NCBI GenBank assembly: GCA_013265495.1
Contig: MU057801.1
Location: 2,326,301 to 2,386,300, forward strand
Reading direction: 5' to 3'
Source of the DNA: Vicugna vicugna
Taxonomy: Eukaryota
Length of the DNA stretch: 60,000 bases
The notes beneath the pieces are model-generated. The model had not been told where the DNA came from. It saw nothing but the letters and a program-made list of their open reading frames with translations, and ran no database searches. Shown in pieces: positions 26,300 through 38,500 of the stretch. The first letter of the stretch is position 1; each line of letters opens with the position of its first letter. Position numbers and translations under genes: made by a program.

Positions 26300-28249
26300 T
26301 ATTAATATATTAATACCAGGAATGTGTTGCATTTCTATACACTAACAAGGACATATCAGAAAAAGAAATTAAGAAAACAATCTCACTTACCATCACATCA
26401 AAAAGAATTAAATACTTAGGAATATAATCTACCTAAGTCGGCAAAAGACCTGTACTCTGAAAACTATAAGACACTGACGAAAGAAATTGAAGACGACATA
26501 AACAGATGGAAACATACACCGTGCTCTAGGACTGGAAGAATCAATATTGTTAAAATGGCCACACTACCCAAGGCAATCTACAGACTCAGTGCAGTCCCTG
26601 TCAAACTAACAATGGCATTGTTCACAGAACCTAAACAAAAAATTGTTAAATTTGCGTGGAAATACAGAAGAATCCAAACAGCCAAGACAGTCTTGAGAAA
26701 GAACGGAGCTGGAAGAATCTGACTTGAGACTGTGCTGCAAAGACGCAGCAATCAAAACAACACGGTGCTGGCACAAGCACAGACCCACAGGTCAACGGAA
26801 CAGCATAGAAAGACCAGAAATGAGCCTGTGCGCTTTGGTTAACTGATCTCTGACAAAGGAGGTAAGAACAGCAATGGAGAAAAGACAGTCTCTTTGGTAA
26901 GTGGCGCTGGGAAAACTGGACAGCTGCCTGTAAAAGACTGAAATTAGAACATTCTCTAACACCATATGCAAAAATAAACTCAAAATGGATTAAAGACTTA
27001 GATGTAAAACCAGATACTATAAAACTCCTAGAGGAAAACATATGTAGAACACACTTTGATGTAAATCACAGCAATATTTTTTCCCATCTGTCTCCTAGAG
27101 TAATGGGAATAAAAGCAAAAATAAACAAATGGGACCTAACTAAACCTAAAAACTTTTGCACAGCAAAGGAAACCATAAACAGAATGAAAAGACCACCTAT
27201 GGAACGGGAGAAAATGCATGCAAACGATGCAACCAAGGGACTAATTTCCAAAATAAACAAACAGCTCACACAGCTTAATGTCAAAAAAAACCAAACAACC
27301 CAAACAAAAAATGGATAGAAGACCTAAATAGATATTTCTCCAAGGAAGATATACAAATGGCCAACAGGCACATGAAAAGGTGCTCAACATTACTAATCAA
27401 CAGAGAAATACAAGTCAAAACTACAATGAGGTATCACCTCACACCAGGCAGAATGGCCATCATTCAAAAGTCCACAAATGACAAATGCTGGAGAGGCTGT
27501 GGAGAAAGGGAACCCTCCTTCACTGCTGGTGGGAATGTAGCTTGGTGCAGCCACTATGGAGGACAGCATGGAGATCCCTTAAAAAACTAAAAATAGACTT
27601 ACCATGTGATCCAGCAATCCCACTTCTGGGCAAATATCTGGAGAAAACTATGATTCAAAAGATACATGCACCCTAATGTTCATAACAGCACTATTTGCAA
27701 TAGCCAAGATATGGGACCAACCTAAATGTCCATCAACAGATGACTGGATGGAGAAGATGTGGCATATATATTATATATATATATATTTATATATATATAT
27801 ATAATGGAATATTACTCAGCCATAAAAAGGAGTGAAATATTGCTATTTGCAGCAACATGGATGGACCTAGAGATGATCATACTAAGTGGAGTAAGTCAGA
27901 CAGAGAAAGACAAATGTCAAGTGGTATCACTCATATGCGGAATCTAAAGTGATAGAAGTGAACTTATATACAAGCCAGAAATTGGCTCACAGACATGAAA
28001 ACAAATTATGGTCACCAAAGGGAAAAGGGTTTGGGGGAGGGATAAATCAGGAGTCTGGCGTTAGCACATACACACTACTATGTATAAAATAGATGAAAAA
28101 CAAGGATTTACTGCACAGCAGTAATAACCTATAATGGAAAAGAATTTGCAAAAGAATATATGTATGTATATGGATAACTGAATCACTTTGCTGTACACCT
28201 GAAACTAACACAACATTGTAAATCAATTATTACTTTTAAAAAAAAAAGA
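26300..28249 (+). mobile_element. Younger 5'-truncated L1 (ORF2 C-terminal half, 3'UTR, poly-A)
   Basis: Peptides [30 protein letters not shown] and [10 protein letters not shown]; poly-A ending at about 28247; candidate TSD GAAAGCAG at 26270-26277 and 28250-28257. Confidence 0.93.
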
Positions 28250-29020
28250 GAAAGCAGGAGAGGCTATATTAAAATTGGATAAAGTTGATCTTGGAGCAAA
28301 GAACATCTCCAGTGATAAAGACCAACATTTTGATACATCCACTCTGGAAAACAGTTCGCTAGTTTCTTTTTTAAAAATCCATAATTAAACTTTACCGTGT
28401 AACTCAGAAATGGCATTCCCGGGCCTTTAGCCTAGAGAAAGGAAACTTAAGTCCACACACAAACCTCTACATGCTTGTTCACAGAGGCTTCATCTGCAAC
28501 AGCCTCAAACTTGAAAACGACGAGCACCCCTAGCAATGGGTGAACAGTGAAGCCCTGGTGTGTGGTGCACTGTGGAATACTACTCAGTGGTCAAGAGGGA
28601 CAAACTACTGATGCACGAAACAGCTTGCATGGATCCCAAGGGCACCCGACCAGTCTCAGAAGGTCACACGCTGTGTGATTCCATCTATGCAACGTGTTTG
28701 AATTGACAATTTGAAAGACAGCGAATAGACTGGAGGCTGCCGGGAGTCTGAGATGATGCAGGGAAGGGGCTGCGGCCTCAGGGAGCAGAGCATCTTCCAG
28801 GTGATGGAATAGTTCTGTGCCTTGATGGTGGTGGTGGCTGCGCAAATCTACACATATGACAAAATGACACGCACACACCGTGTACTGGTGTCAATTTCCT
28901 GGTTGTGGTATTTTTCTATAATTACAACGATGCAACCATGGAGGGGTCAGCTGAGAGGTACTGGAGGGTACAAGATACTTCCTGTGAATCTAGTTATTTC
29001 AAGATAAACATTTTGAAAAT
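28250..29020 (+). mobile_element. Continuation and 3' end of the older L1
   Basis: aaagcaggagaggctatatt continues the endonuclease region; ggaatactactcag and L1M-type 3'UTR motifs follow. Confidence 0.65.
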
Positions 29021-29303
29021 CTACTGCGCTGAGAAATCCAAGATCAGTGACTGCCTTCCCTTTGCTCTCCGCCCCCACCCTCACCCCCAGACGGAGTGGC
29101 TGGGAAGCCGGAAGAGAGTCGCGTGGCCGGTGAGCACTAAACCGCACTGCCACGTGCGGCCGGTGTTCCTGCTGGCCACTGACGCTGGTTTGAATGTTTG
29201 CTTGGTGCTGGGTGCGTGTCGGGCAACTTACGTGCATTACCCTCATTCATCGTTATCGCTGTGCTGGGAACAGGTGTCATCCAGCTGAAGATGAGGGAAT
29301 TGT

Positions 29304-29370
29304 CGGGGGTGGCTGTAGCTCGGCCTGCACCGGGCCCTGGGCTCAATCCCCAGTACCTCTATTAAAATAA
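29304..29370 (+). mobile_element. vic-1-like tRNA-derived SINE, 5' part (internally deleted)
   Basis: gggggtggctgtagctc...cctgggctcaatccccagtacctctattaaaataa, similar to the copy at 53240-53370. Confidence 0.6.
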
Positions 29371-31140
29371 TAGAGGACCACGAGCTCGCCCCTCCTCGCG
29401 ACGTCAACGGAACCACAACCGACTGCTAAACAACCATCAAAAAGACTGGAACCTGCAAGGAAGATCTGCAACTGGAAACATAAGGAGGGAACCGCAGCAG
29501 GACGGTAGGAAGGGCATGCTCACGATGTAATTGGGCCCCATGCACCCCGGGTGGGTGACCCACAAGCTGAAGATCTGTTAAGTCGCAGAGGCCCTCCCAC
29601 AGGAGTGAGAGCTCTGAGCCCCAGCTCGGGTCCCGGCACTGGGAAGGAAGGAGACTCCAGGGCATCTGGTTTTGAAGGCCAGGGGGACTTGGCTCTGGGA
29701 GCCTCACGGGCCTGGGGGAAACGGAGACGCCATTCACTTGGGAAGCACACACGGAAACTCACATGCACCAGGTCCAAGGGCAGAGGCAGTGACTTCACAG
29801 GAACCTGGGCCAGACCTGCCTGCTGGATTTGGAGGGTCTCTCCTGGGGACGTGGGGGACGGCTGTGGCTCACTCAGGGGACATAAAAGCTGGTGGCGGAC
29901 ATTCCGGGGGTGTTCCTCTACATGAGCTTTCCTGGAGGCTGACATCTCGATTGGATCATTAGCACCAAGACCCAGCCCCACCCATCAGCAGACCTCCTGA
30001 GCCACAAAGGCCTCTAGACACAGCCCACCCACCAGAGGTCCAGGACCGAGCTTCACCCAGCAGTGGGCAGGCACCAGCTTCTCTTGCCAGGAGCCCTGCA
30101 TAAGCCTCTAGTCCAGCCTCATCCACCAGGGCAGATACCAGAAATAAGAAAACAACAACCCCAAAGCCTGTGGAAGGAATCCACACACACATAGAAAGAA
30201 AGACAATACGAGGTGGCAAAGGAATATCTCCCAGGCCAAGGCACAGGATAAAATCCCAGAAGAAGAAGAAATAAGCAAGGAGGAGATAGATAATTTATCT
30301 GAGAAAGAGTTTAGAGTAATGATGGCCAAGATGATCAGAGAACTCAAGAGGAGTATAGATGCACAGAGTGAAATTTTTAGCAAAGAGTTGGAAAATATAA
30401 AGAACACCCAAACAGAGGTGAAGAACAAAATCACTGAAATGAACAACACACTAGAAGGAACCAAAATGAAACTAAATGAAGCAGAAGAACAGATCAGTGA
30501 GCCAGCAGACAGATTAGTGGAAATCACTACTGCAGAACAGAAAAAAGGGAAAAGAATAAAAAGGAATGAGGATAGTTTAAGAGAACTCTGGGACAACATG
30601 AAGCACTCTAATATTTGCATTATGGGGGTCCCTGGAAGAGAAGAGAAGAGAGAAAAGACCTGAGAAAATCTGGGGGGAGATAATCACCGAAAACTTCCCC
30701 AACTTGGGAAAGGACACAGTCACCCAAGTCCAGGAAGCGCAGAGAGGGACACACCAAGGCACATGGTCATCAAACTGACAATTAAAGATAAGGAAAAAAT
30801 ATTAAAATTAGCGAGAGAAAAGCAACAAATAACATACAAGGCAACTCCCATAAGGTTATCAGTTGATTTCTCAGCAGAAACTCTACAAGCCAGAGGGGAG
30901 CCCACGATATATTTAAAGTGATTCAAGGGGAAACTTACAACCAAGAACACTCTGTCCAGCAAGGCTCTCGTTCAGACTTGCCGGAGAAATCAAAAGCTTC
31001 ACAGATAAACAAAAGCTAAAAGATTCCAGCACCACCAAGCCAGCTTTACAACAAATGTTCAAGGACCTTCTCTAGTCATCAAAGCATAAGAAAAGGGAAA
31101 AGAAGAAAGAGAAAAAAAAAAGAGAGAAAGATCTACAAAT
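29371..31140 (+). mobile_element. L1 5'UTR, disrupted ORF1 and inter-ORF spacer
   Basis: ORF1 coiled-coil peptide at 30319-30663 (ITEMNNTLEGTKMKLNEAEEQIS...LRELWDNMKHSNICIMGVP); ORF1 end TAG at 31073-31075. Confidence 0.9.
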
Positions 31141-31660
31141 ATCGCTTTGGCTGTTTGGGGTCTTTTGTGGTTCCTTATAAATTTTGGAATTGTCTGTTCT
31201 AGTTCTGTGAGGAATGTTGCAAGTACTTTGATGGGGGTTGTGTTGGATCTGTGGGTTGCTTTGGGTGGTGTGGCCGTTTGGATAGTGTTGATTCTTCCAA
31301 TGCAAGAGCACAAGAAATCTTTCCATTTCTCTGTGTCATTTCAGCTTTCAGAGTACAGGTAACCTCCTTGGTTAGGTTTATTTCCAGGTATTTTGTTGTT
31401 TTTGATGTAATGGAAATGTCTCTGCCAGTTTTAAAATTCTGGTTTTTGAACTGAAAAAAAAGTGAATGAAGGGCCACAAATGGCAAAATATCCTTCTTTC
31501 TTATGGGTGAGCTGGATTCCATTCCGTATATATATATATACACACACACTGCATCTCCGTTGTCTGTTCATCTATTGATGTGCACTTGGGATGCTTCCAT
31601 ATCTTGGCAATTATAAATAATGTTGCTGTGAATAGTGGGGTGTATGTATCTTTCTGAATT
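31141..31660 (-). mobile_element. Inverted L1 ORF2 fragments
   Basis: Minus-strand peptide CSCIGRINTIQTATPPKATHRSNTTPIKV (ORF2-like), plus an ORF2 C-terminal piece at about 31480-31660. Confidence 0.8.
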
Positions 31661-31719
31661 AATTCTTATTTTGTGGTTGGCTTTATTCCTTTGATAACTA
31701 TGTAAGTTTAAAAAGCTAA

Positions 31720-32300
31720 AGCTCTAAACGCTCTTGGAAACAATGAACAGTACATATGTATAAATTAAAAGATGTATGTGCAGTGAAAAAAGAGATCTAT
31801 CAAGCCATGAACGACCTGAAAGAGACCTATTACTAAACGAAAGAAGCCAGCCTGAAAAGTGTACAAACTGTACGATTCCAACCAAATGACATTCTGGAAA
31901 AGGCACAGCTTCAGAAACAATAAAAAGATCGTGGTTTCCAGGGGTTTGGGGAGAGGGAGGGAGGGAGGGATGAACAGATGGAGCACAAGGGATTTTTAAG
32001 GCAATGAAAGTATTCTGTATGGTACCGTAGTGGTGGCTACACGTCATTATGCATTTGTCAAAGCCCATAGAATGTACAACAGCAAGAGTGAACCCTCGGT
32101 GTAAACTATGGACTTCGGCTGGTGATAATGTGCCCGTGTTGGCTCAGCGATCGAACCAGACATGCCACCCTGACGAGTGACGTCGAGGGGAGGGGAGGAT
32201 GTATGTGCGGGTGGGGAGGGCTGTGTGCGAACTCTCTGTATTTGCTGCTCAGTTCTGCTGTAAACCTGAAAACTGCTCTAAAAGAATAAAGTCTATTAAA
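31720..32300 (+). mobile_element. Older L1M-type 3' end
   Basis: gacattctggaaaaggc...gtgtaaactatggac...aataaagtctattaaa. Confidence 0.75.
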
Positions 32301-33771
32301 TAAATAAACTTAATTACCATCTCCCCTAAAAAAAAGCTTTAAAAAAAGAATTAAAATTTTTTTAAAAGATGAGGAAACTGTAGGTTAGCATCTTCCCACA
32401 TAGTTGGTAGAGGGGATTCTCACTGGGGCCCCACCTGAAACAGGGTCTCAAAGACTCCAGATCTTTGCTAGGGAGAATCGAATTCGAAAAAAATGGTTCT
32501 TTCAAAGCTCCAGCCTCCTCCAGCAGGTGGAGACCTGGGCGGAGACCGTCACCCCAGTTCACCTGTGCGGAGGGCGGCCCGTTGGCGTTCTGCCGGGTCC
32601 CCTCGCGTCTCACCTTTCTGTGCACACCAGCCCGGGCTCCGCATGCCGACACCTGTGCCCCTCCCCTCTGGCTGCTCACTGTGCGCTCGGGCCACCCCAG
32701 GCCAGAGGTTCCAGGGAACTGGTGCACCTAAGAGCTGTCCTGCAGCCAGTGACTGGCCAGGGCTGCGGGATAAACGCCGGCTCCCTCTCCCTGCAGGTCG
32801 ATGGATGCTGCGTGCACGTGGGTGCGCGTTTTCCACAGCGTCTCCATGATATTAAACCCCAAGGGTTTAGCCTGAGCCCTTGGGCGGGACCTTGCTATCC
32901 CTGCTGGACGTGCGTGAGGACGGCTGTGACCTAGGGAACTGCCGGCAGCCGTCCGGAGAACACAGGAGGGGGTCGCGTGGGGACACGAGCCGGGCGACGC
33001 TGTCTGCAGTCCTGACTCGAGCTGTCGGGTGGGGGATGCTGACTCCTCGCCACCCAGGTGACACCCTTGGGGGGGGGCCCTGTGACGCGGCGTTCCTGGT
33101 CCCAGTCCTCCATCCTCCCTCTGGAGGGAGTCCTCTCTCGGGTTTGCTGGGGAGAATGAACGGGGATTGCAGCCTACGTCCTCCTCCTTCCCGCAGGGGC
33201 CCACCTTGCCCTGGGCCCTCTGGGCGAGAAGTCCCTCTGGGAAGACACCTGCCCTGGCCCAGCATGGCTGATCCGGGGGTGTGGGTCTAATTGCAGAGTT
33301 TGGGCTCAGAAAGTGCACGTGATGGCAAAAATGAGGCACAGCTCCCAGCCTGGCCCCTGTCGGTGACGACGCCCTGCTCGTCTCAGCTACTCGTGTCACG
33401 TCCCCTCGTTCCACACTTCAGGCAAAGGAGGTCCTTTGGGCCCCTCAGAGGTGCCCCACAGGTGTCCGCGCCAGCACCCTCCGCTGCTCACTCAGGTAAT
33501 CGGAGCGTCTTCCCTCCTCCTTCTGCTTTTTCTCATCTTCTCCTTCTTATTTTGAAATCTAGAGAATCCCACTCGATATGAGAACAAGGCTGAAATTCTG
33601 CTGTCATTCAGGAACGAGCCATCAGACCAAGAATTACACCTGCCACCCCTCTTGGACCCCAAAGCTGCGCTAGCGGAAGAACTCAGACCGTGTCATCACG
33701 AGCTGAAGCATTTGGGGGGCGGGAGTGGAATCACAGATGTTCCGAGCGCTAGGAGAGGAGGCTGACCAGCA

Positions 33772-33777
33772 TTTATT
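33772..33777 (-). terminator. CST11 polyadenylation signal AATAAA
   Basis: tttatt on the + strand, about 70 nt beyond the CST11 stop codon. Confidence 0.75.
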
Positions 33778-33848
33778 TTCCACACGAGCGCTGCGGTCGA
33801 CGTCGGGTACTGGCACACACAGTGACTGCTGGATGTGCGCTGGGACCT

Positions 33849-33932
33849 CTAGCCGTCGGTGCAGTTTTTGGTCAGAATTTTATACTTTTCAAACCAGGGC
33901 AAAACAGACACTGAGAAGAAGCAATCGATTTT
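33849..33932 (-). CDS. CST11: Cystatin-11, coding exon 3
   Basis: Acceptor ttttgtttttcag, then KIDCFFSVSVLPWFEKYKILTKNCTDG*. PW motif and Cys pair. Confidence 0.92.
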   Translation of the reverse strand, partial: KIDCFFSVSVLPWFEKYKILTKNCTDG

Positions 33933-35476
33933 CTGAAAAACAAAACAAAATGTGAAATAGATCTACCTGCAGGCTGAGAACTTTACAGGGGAAAGAAGCC
34001 GGAAACACCAGTGCCCTGCCTGCAGCCCCCCGTGGGGCCATCATTGTTTTGATTTCAGTGACTCGATAGCATCGCTGCTTAACTCATCCCCCAAACGTCC
34101 TTCTGCTGCGGCTGGAAGTGGGGACTGGAAGCAAAGTGTCCCCCGCCCACACCCACCATGCGGCCACGGCCGCTTCTCCCCTTTTCCACCCCAGGTGCTC
34201 CCCGCACACTTCCCGGGCGGGGCCCTCCTCCCCTCCTGGCCCCACTTCCGCCCGGTCCACCATCTTCCCTCTCCTCCTCCCGCCCTCCCATCCTCCCAGC
34301 CTCACGTCCCCTTCCTCCCCCGCCCAGTTCCCTCCGAGGCCCCCTCCTCCCCGCCTCCCTCGCCCCCACAAAGGAGGGTCACGCAACATATTTTGCACGT
34401 TGTTGTCATTTCTCAGCGCGACTTCACCTTCCTTCTCTTGGTTGGAAAGCCCGGGGCTGCGGTGAAGCGGGGTCCAGGGGAGGAAGAAGCGCTTACAGTT
34501 CCCCTAAACAGAGGTCTGAGTGCTAACTCTGGCTTGATCTCTCACACCTATCAGCTTCTCTCATTATACTCCACTGTTACCGTCATGATCTCCAGGGAAG
34601 AACTAGGAAAGTCTAACTTGCTAGATTTTGGAGAATTCTCCACGTAGGTGGAGCTCACAGATGGACATGTGTCTGTGCTGAGAACACGGAGACCTTTACA
34701 ACCAGGGTGACCGTGGAATTTATGAGACAAACCAGGACACGGTGTAAGCAGGTGGGAACGCTGTTAACAATGATGCTAAGAAGCTGTACACAAACCAGGA
34801 CGCTCCGAACAGACATGCCCCTGACTGCCCTCTGTTAGCTCATCTGGGTAAAGAGAGGGCTTTGCAGGGCTGCTGGGACTTGAGACCTTCAAGGCCCCAA
34901 GACCGTGGGCCCGCCAGACCATGCTGTCCCAGATGGCCGGGGTCCAGCCGGCCACCCCGGATGTGGACACACTGGGTAGGGGCAGTGGCCCCCCGAGCGG
35001 GTCACGGGCCTGCGGATTTGTCCCCTCCCTCCCCCGCCCCAACACCCTTGAAATGTCTCTGAGCCCGCTTCCCCATCCCTCCTCCTCGTCACTGGATGGA
35101 AGGGGCAGAGGCCGCAGCCCAGCCTCTGTGAGACTGTCAGGCTGACGTCCAGATTTTCAGTAGAAGCTCCGGCGAGGTCCCCCAGCTGCTAAAATGGTAG
35201 GACAATCATTACTTCCTTCGACCTCAGCGTGTCCCCCCGCAGCTCAGTGACCTGGGCTCCCCCCTCCAGACCCCTCAACTGCCCCGAAATCCTTCCAGCC
35301 GTAAAGGCACAGAGCCCGCCGGGCGGGGTCCTGGTCCCTCTCTCCATCACTTCTCCGCCTCGAGAAAGGAGGTGCGAGGTGTGTGTTCTTCTCAAGCAAG
35401 CTGGGTACCTCCCCAGTACTCCCACCCCCTCACCCCAAGCCACAGGGGGAGCCACGCAGAGGGGCGTGGCCCGCAC

Positions 35477-35581
35477 CTTGTAGAGCTCCCCGTCCTGAAA
35501 GCTGCAGTTGTTGGCCTCTGACTTGAAGCAGACGGTCCTGCGCATCTCCGCGTTGATGTGGTACTCCATGTGGTCGGTCAG
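35477..35581 (-). CDS. CST11: Cystatin-11, coding exon 2
   Basis: Acceptor cccccgcag, then LTDHMEYHINAEMRRTVCFKSEANNCSFQDGELYK, then donor GTGCGG. 105 nt. Confidence 0.92.
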
Positions 35582-36051
35582 CTGCGGGGGCAAGGGGCAA
35601 GGAGATGAAGGGCCACCAGCCCTTCCCTGTAGGGCCGCCCTGGACGGACTGGGGCTCCTCCCTCCTCTTCCTGTCTGCCGCCCGTGCTGCCCTGTCCTCC
35701 GGGGAGAGCTCCCCAGAAGTCACCGCTCGGGCAAAGTCACCCTGGGGTGGCCTGCGTGATGCCCACTGCTGGCCCACGGCAGGGAGCAGGAGCCCCACCA
35801 GCGTGGAAACAGCCTGAGCCGGGCATATGCGGCGCAGCCGGGCGCCCGGAAAACAGGCACCGGGTGGCGGCGGGCAGCTGGGGTCCTCAGCTGTGCTGGG
35901 CCGGCCCTGGTCCTGCGCATCCCCTGCAACCGCTCCAGGGAATTTCTGTTTCTCTTAAAACGCCCGCTTCTGACTAAACGGGGCCAAGCTGACCGGCGCA
36001 GCCCCAGCCCGCGGCGCCCTGGCAGGGCTGGTGAGGGGAGGGGACACTGAC

Positions 36052-36276
36052 CTTCTGCACGACCTTGGGGACCCGCACGACCCGGAAGTTGTACTTGTCC
36101 TCACTCTTCTTGTTGAACTCCTTGGTCACGTAGTCCAGGGTGGTCACCACGACGGACGCCGATGCAGGCACCTCCCGGACACTGATGAAGGTCTTCCTTC
36201 TTGTTTGGTAGGTGAGGGCCACCAGAGCCCCCACGACGGCCAGCAGCAGTCGGGGGCCCTGCGGGGCTCTGGTCAT
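36052..36276 (-). CDS. CST11: Cystatin-11, coding exon 1 (join complement 36052-36276, 35477-35581, 33849-33932; 137 aa)
   Basis: MTRAPQGPRLLLAVVGALVALTYQTRRKTFISVREV...FNKKSEDKYNFRVVRVPKVVQK, with the CST11-type YQxRxKTFxSVxEV segment. Donor GTCAGT. Confidence 0.92.
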
Positions 36277-37364
36277 TGTCGCTGGGTGGGGGGCCTCTTC
36301 CTCGGGCTGCCAGAGCTGGTCAGCGTGCTGGCCGCTCTGCTCGGCCGGATTTAAGCCAGCCCGGGGCGGGGGGACACCTACGCTCCCCTCCCCAGTCCAG
36401 ATCTGCATTCACGCCTGCGGGGAAGGCAGGCAGATGGCAGCTGCAGGCTCAGCGCACCCACCACCTGCTGCATCCCTCGCAGCTGTTGCACACGCACGCA
36501 CCCCGCCCCTCTCGGCTGCACACCCTCGCCCCTGCCCAGTATTTCTGGGTGGGAGCCAGGCCGGGGCTTCTGTCCACAGAGCTCGGCTCAGCCGGGGCCG
36601 TGGGAGGCCTGGCGCACAGGAAGGGACCGGGACGCGGGGGCGTGGGGGCGCAGGCAGCGGAGCGAGACGAGCTGGACTCCACCCCCTCCTGTGCCCCTGA
36701 TCTTCCCGGGCTGTCCTTCCGATCGTGCCCTCCCCCACCTCCCTGGCTGGCGGGACACAAGCTCGCTCACACGCTCAGACCTGGGCATCGTCTGCCTGCC
36801 CACGTGGGAGGTGACTGCCCTGCCCTGGAGAGCTGTGCTCCCCAGAAAAGGGAGGGTGGGCCCCAAATGGGAAGCTGCGGGTGTAGTCGTGACGCTCTGT
36901 GTTCACGTCCCACCGTCCCTGAGGCTGGACCCTCCGTGGCACTGGGACAATGCTCAGCCTCAGTCCAGAATCCAGGTGCCGGTCTCTTCAGATGCTTGGA
37001 GCTTAGACGGTGTCTTGAGCTGCCCTTCTCCCTCCTGGGGCCGCGGGTGGGCAGCGGGGCAGACAGCTTCTCCTAGCTTCTCCTTCTGTCTCCTGTCCGT
37101 CCTCTTCTGCCTCCCCATCTCACCACATGGCTCCTAGGCCCCCCGGAGCCAGAAGAGGAGCCAGAAGAGGAAGAAGGGGAGGGACGGGGAGCTCTGACCG
37201 CAGGGCCCCGGGCCCCGCGAAGTCTGGAGCCGACTGCAGTGCAGGTCCCTCCCCGGCTCCCCCCACCACCGGCCCCTGCGGGAGCCTGCCCCCCCTGGCA
37301 GCTCGCTGGCGTCTTGCGGCCGTGGGAATGAGTTACCACCCAGGCTGGCTTCAAACAGAACATG

Positions 37365-38124
37365 TTTTGGGGGTTTTTTGTTTGTTTGGTTTTGATTGTT
37401 TTCTTTTTTTTAAGAATTGAGTTAAAGTCACTTTTCAGCGTTGTGTCAGTTTCTGGTGCGCAGCACAGTGCCTCGGTCGCACACGCACATACATGTATTC
37501 ATCTTCACACTCGTTTTCCCCGTGAGCGACTGCAAGTGTTGAATATAGTTCCCTGTGCTGCACAGTATAAACTTGTGTATCTGTTTCATACATACCAGTC
37601 AGTATCTGCAAATCTCAGACTCCCAGTGTATCCCTTCCCACCCACCTCCTCCCCGCTGGCAGCCACAAGTCTGTGTTCTATGTCTGTGAGTCTGTTTCTG
37701 TTTTATATATACGTTTATATATATAAGTTCATTTGTCTTTTTGTTTTTTTAGATTCCACATATGGTTTGGTGCAGCTATTGTGGAAAACACTATGGAGAT
37801 TCCTCAAAAGACTAAAAATAGACATACCATATGACCCGGTAATCCCACTCCTGGGCACATATCCAGCAGGAACCCTACTTCAAAAAGACACCTGCACCCC
37901 AATGTTCATAGCAGCACTATTACAACAGCCAAGACATGGAAACAGCCTAAATGTCCATCAACAGATGACTGGATAAAGAAGATGTGGTATATTTATACAA
38001 TGGAATACTACTCAGCCATAAAAAGGAATAAAATAATGCCATTCGCAGCAACATAGTTGGACCTGGAGATTATCACTAAGTGAAGTAAGTCAGACAGAGA
38101 AAGAAAAATACCACTTGATAGCAC
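37365..38124 (-). mobile_element. L1 insertion with twin-priming inversion
   Basis: Minus-strand 3'UTR and tail at 37365-37764, joined to a plus-strand ORF2 C-terminal piece at 37765-38124. Confidence 0.85.
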
Positions 38125-38500
38125 ATGGTTTAAAAAATCTCACTGCCCTGGAGATCAGAAGTCCTAAAACCCAGGTGTGGGCAGCCTGCCTTCCTTCCAC
38201 AGGCCCTCAAGGAGAACCTCAGTCTTCCTGCTTCCAGAGGCCTCTGCTCTGCCCATGGCCCCCTTCTCCATCCTCATAGCCAGCAGGGGGCCTTCCAGCC
38301 CCTCTCTGACCCTCCACCTCCTTCTCAGAAGGGCCCTGGTGATGACGTCCGGCCCCCTTCCCTGCAATGACAGAGGGTGGTCTCCCACCTCGGGACCGTT
38401 AACTTAGTCCCGCCTGCAAAGCCCCCTTTCCCTTCGCAGCAGCCCATTCTCAGGTTCCGGGCGAGGGGCTGGGGTGGTGAGGACGGGGCTTTTCTGCCTG
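38125..38500 (-). mobile_element. MLT1-like LTR (interrupted by the L1 above)
   Basis: ctcactgccctggagatcagaagtcc...; the upstream part ttaccacccaggctggcttcaaacagaa lies at about 37330-37360. Confidence 0.65.

Noticed and set aside
29356..29376. Perfect 9-bp hairpin CCTCTATTA-AAA-TAATAGAGG
   Set aside because: Short, and formed at a SINE/L1 junction; there is no evidence of independent function.
30319..30663. Coiled-coil ORF as a host gene
   Set aside because: It is an L1 ORF1 fragment with stops and frameshifts around it.
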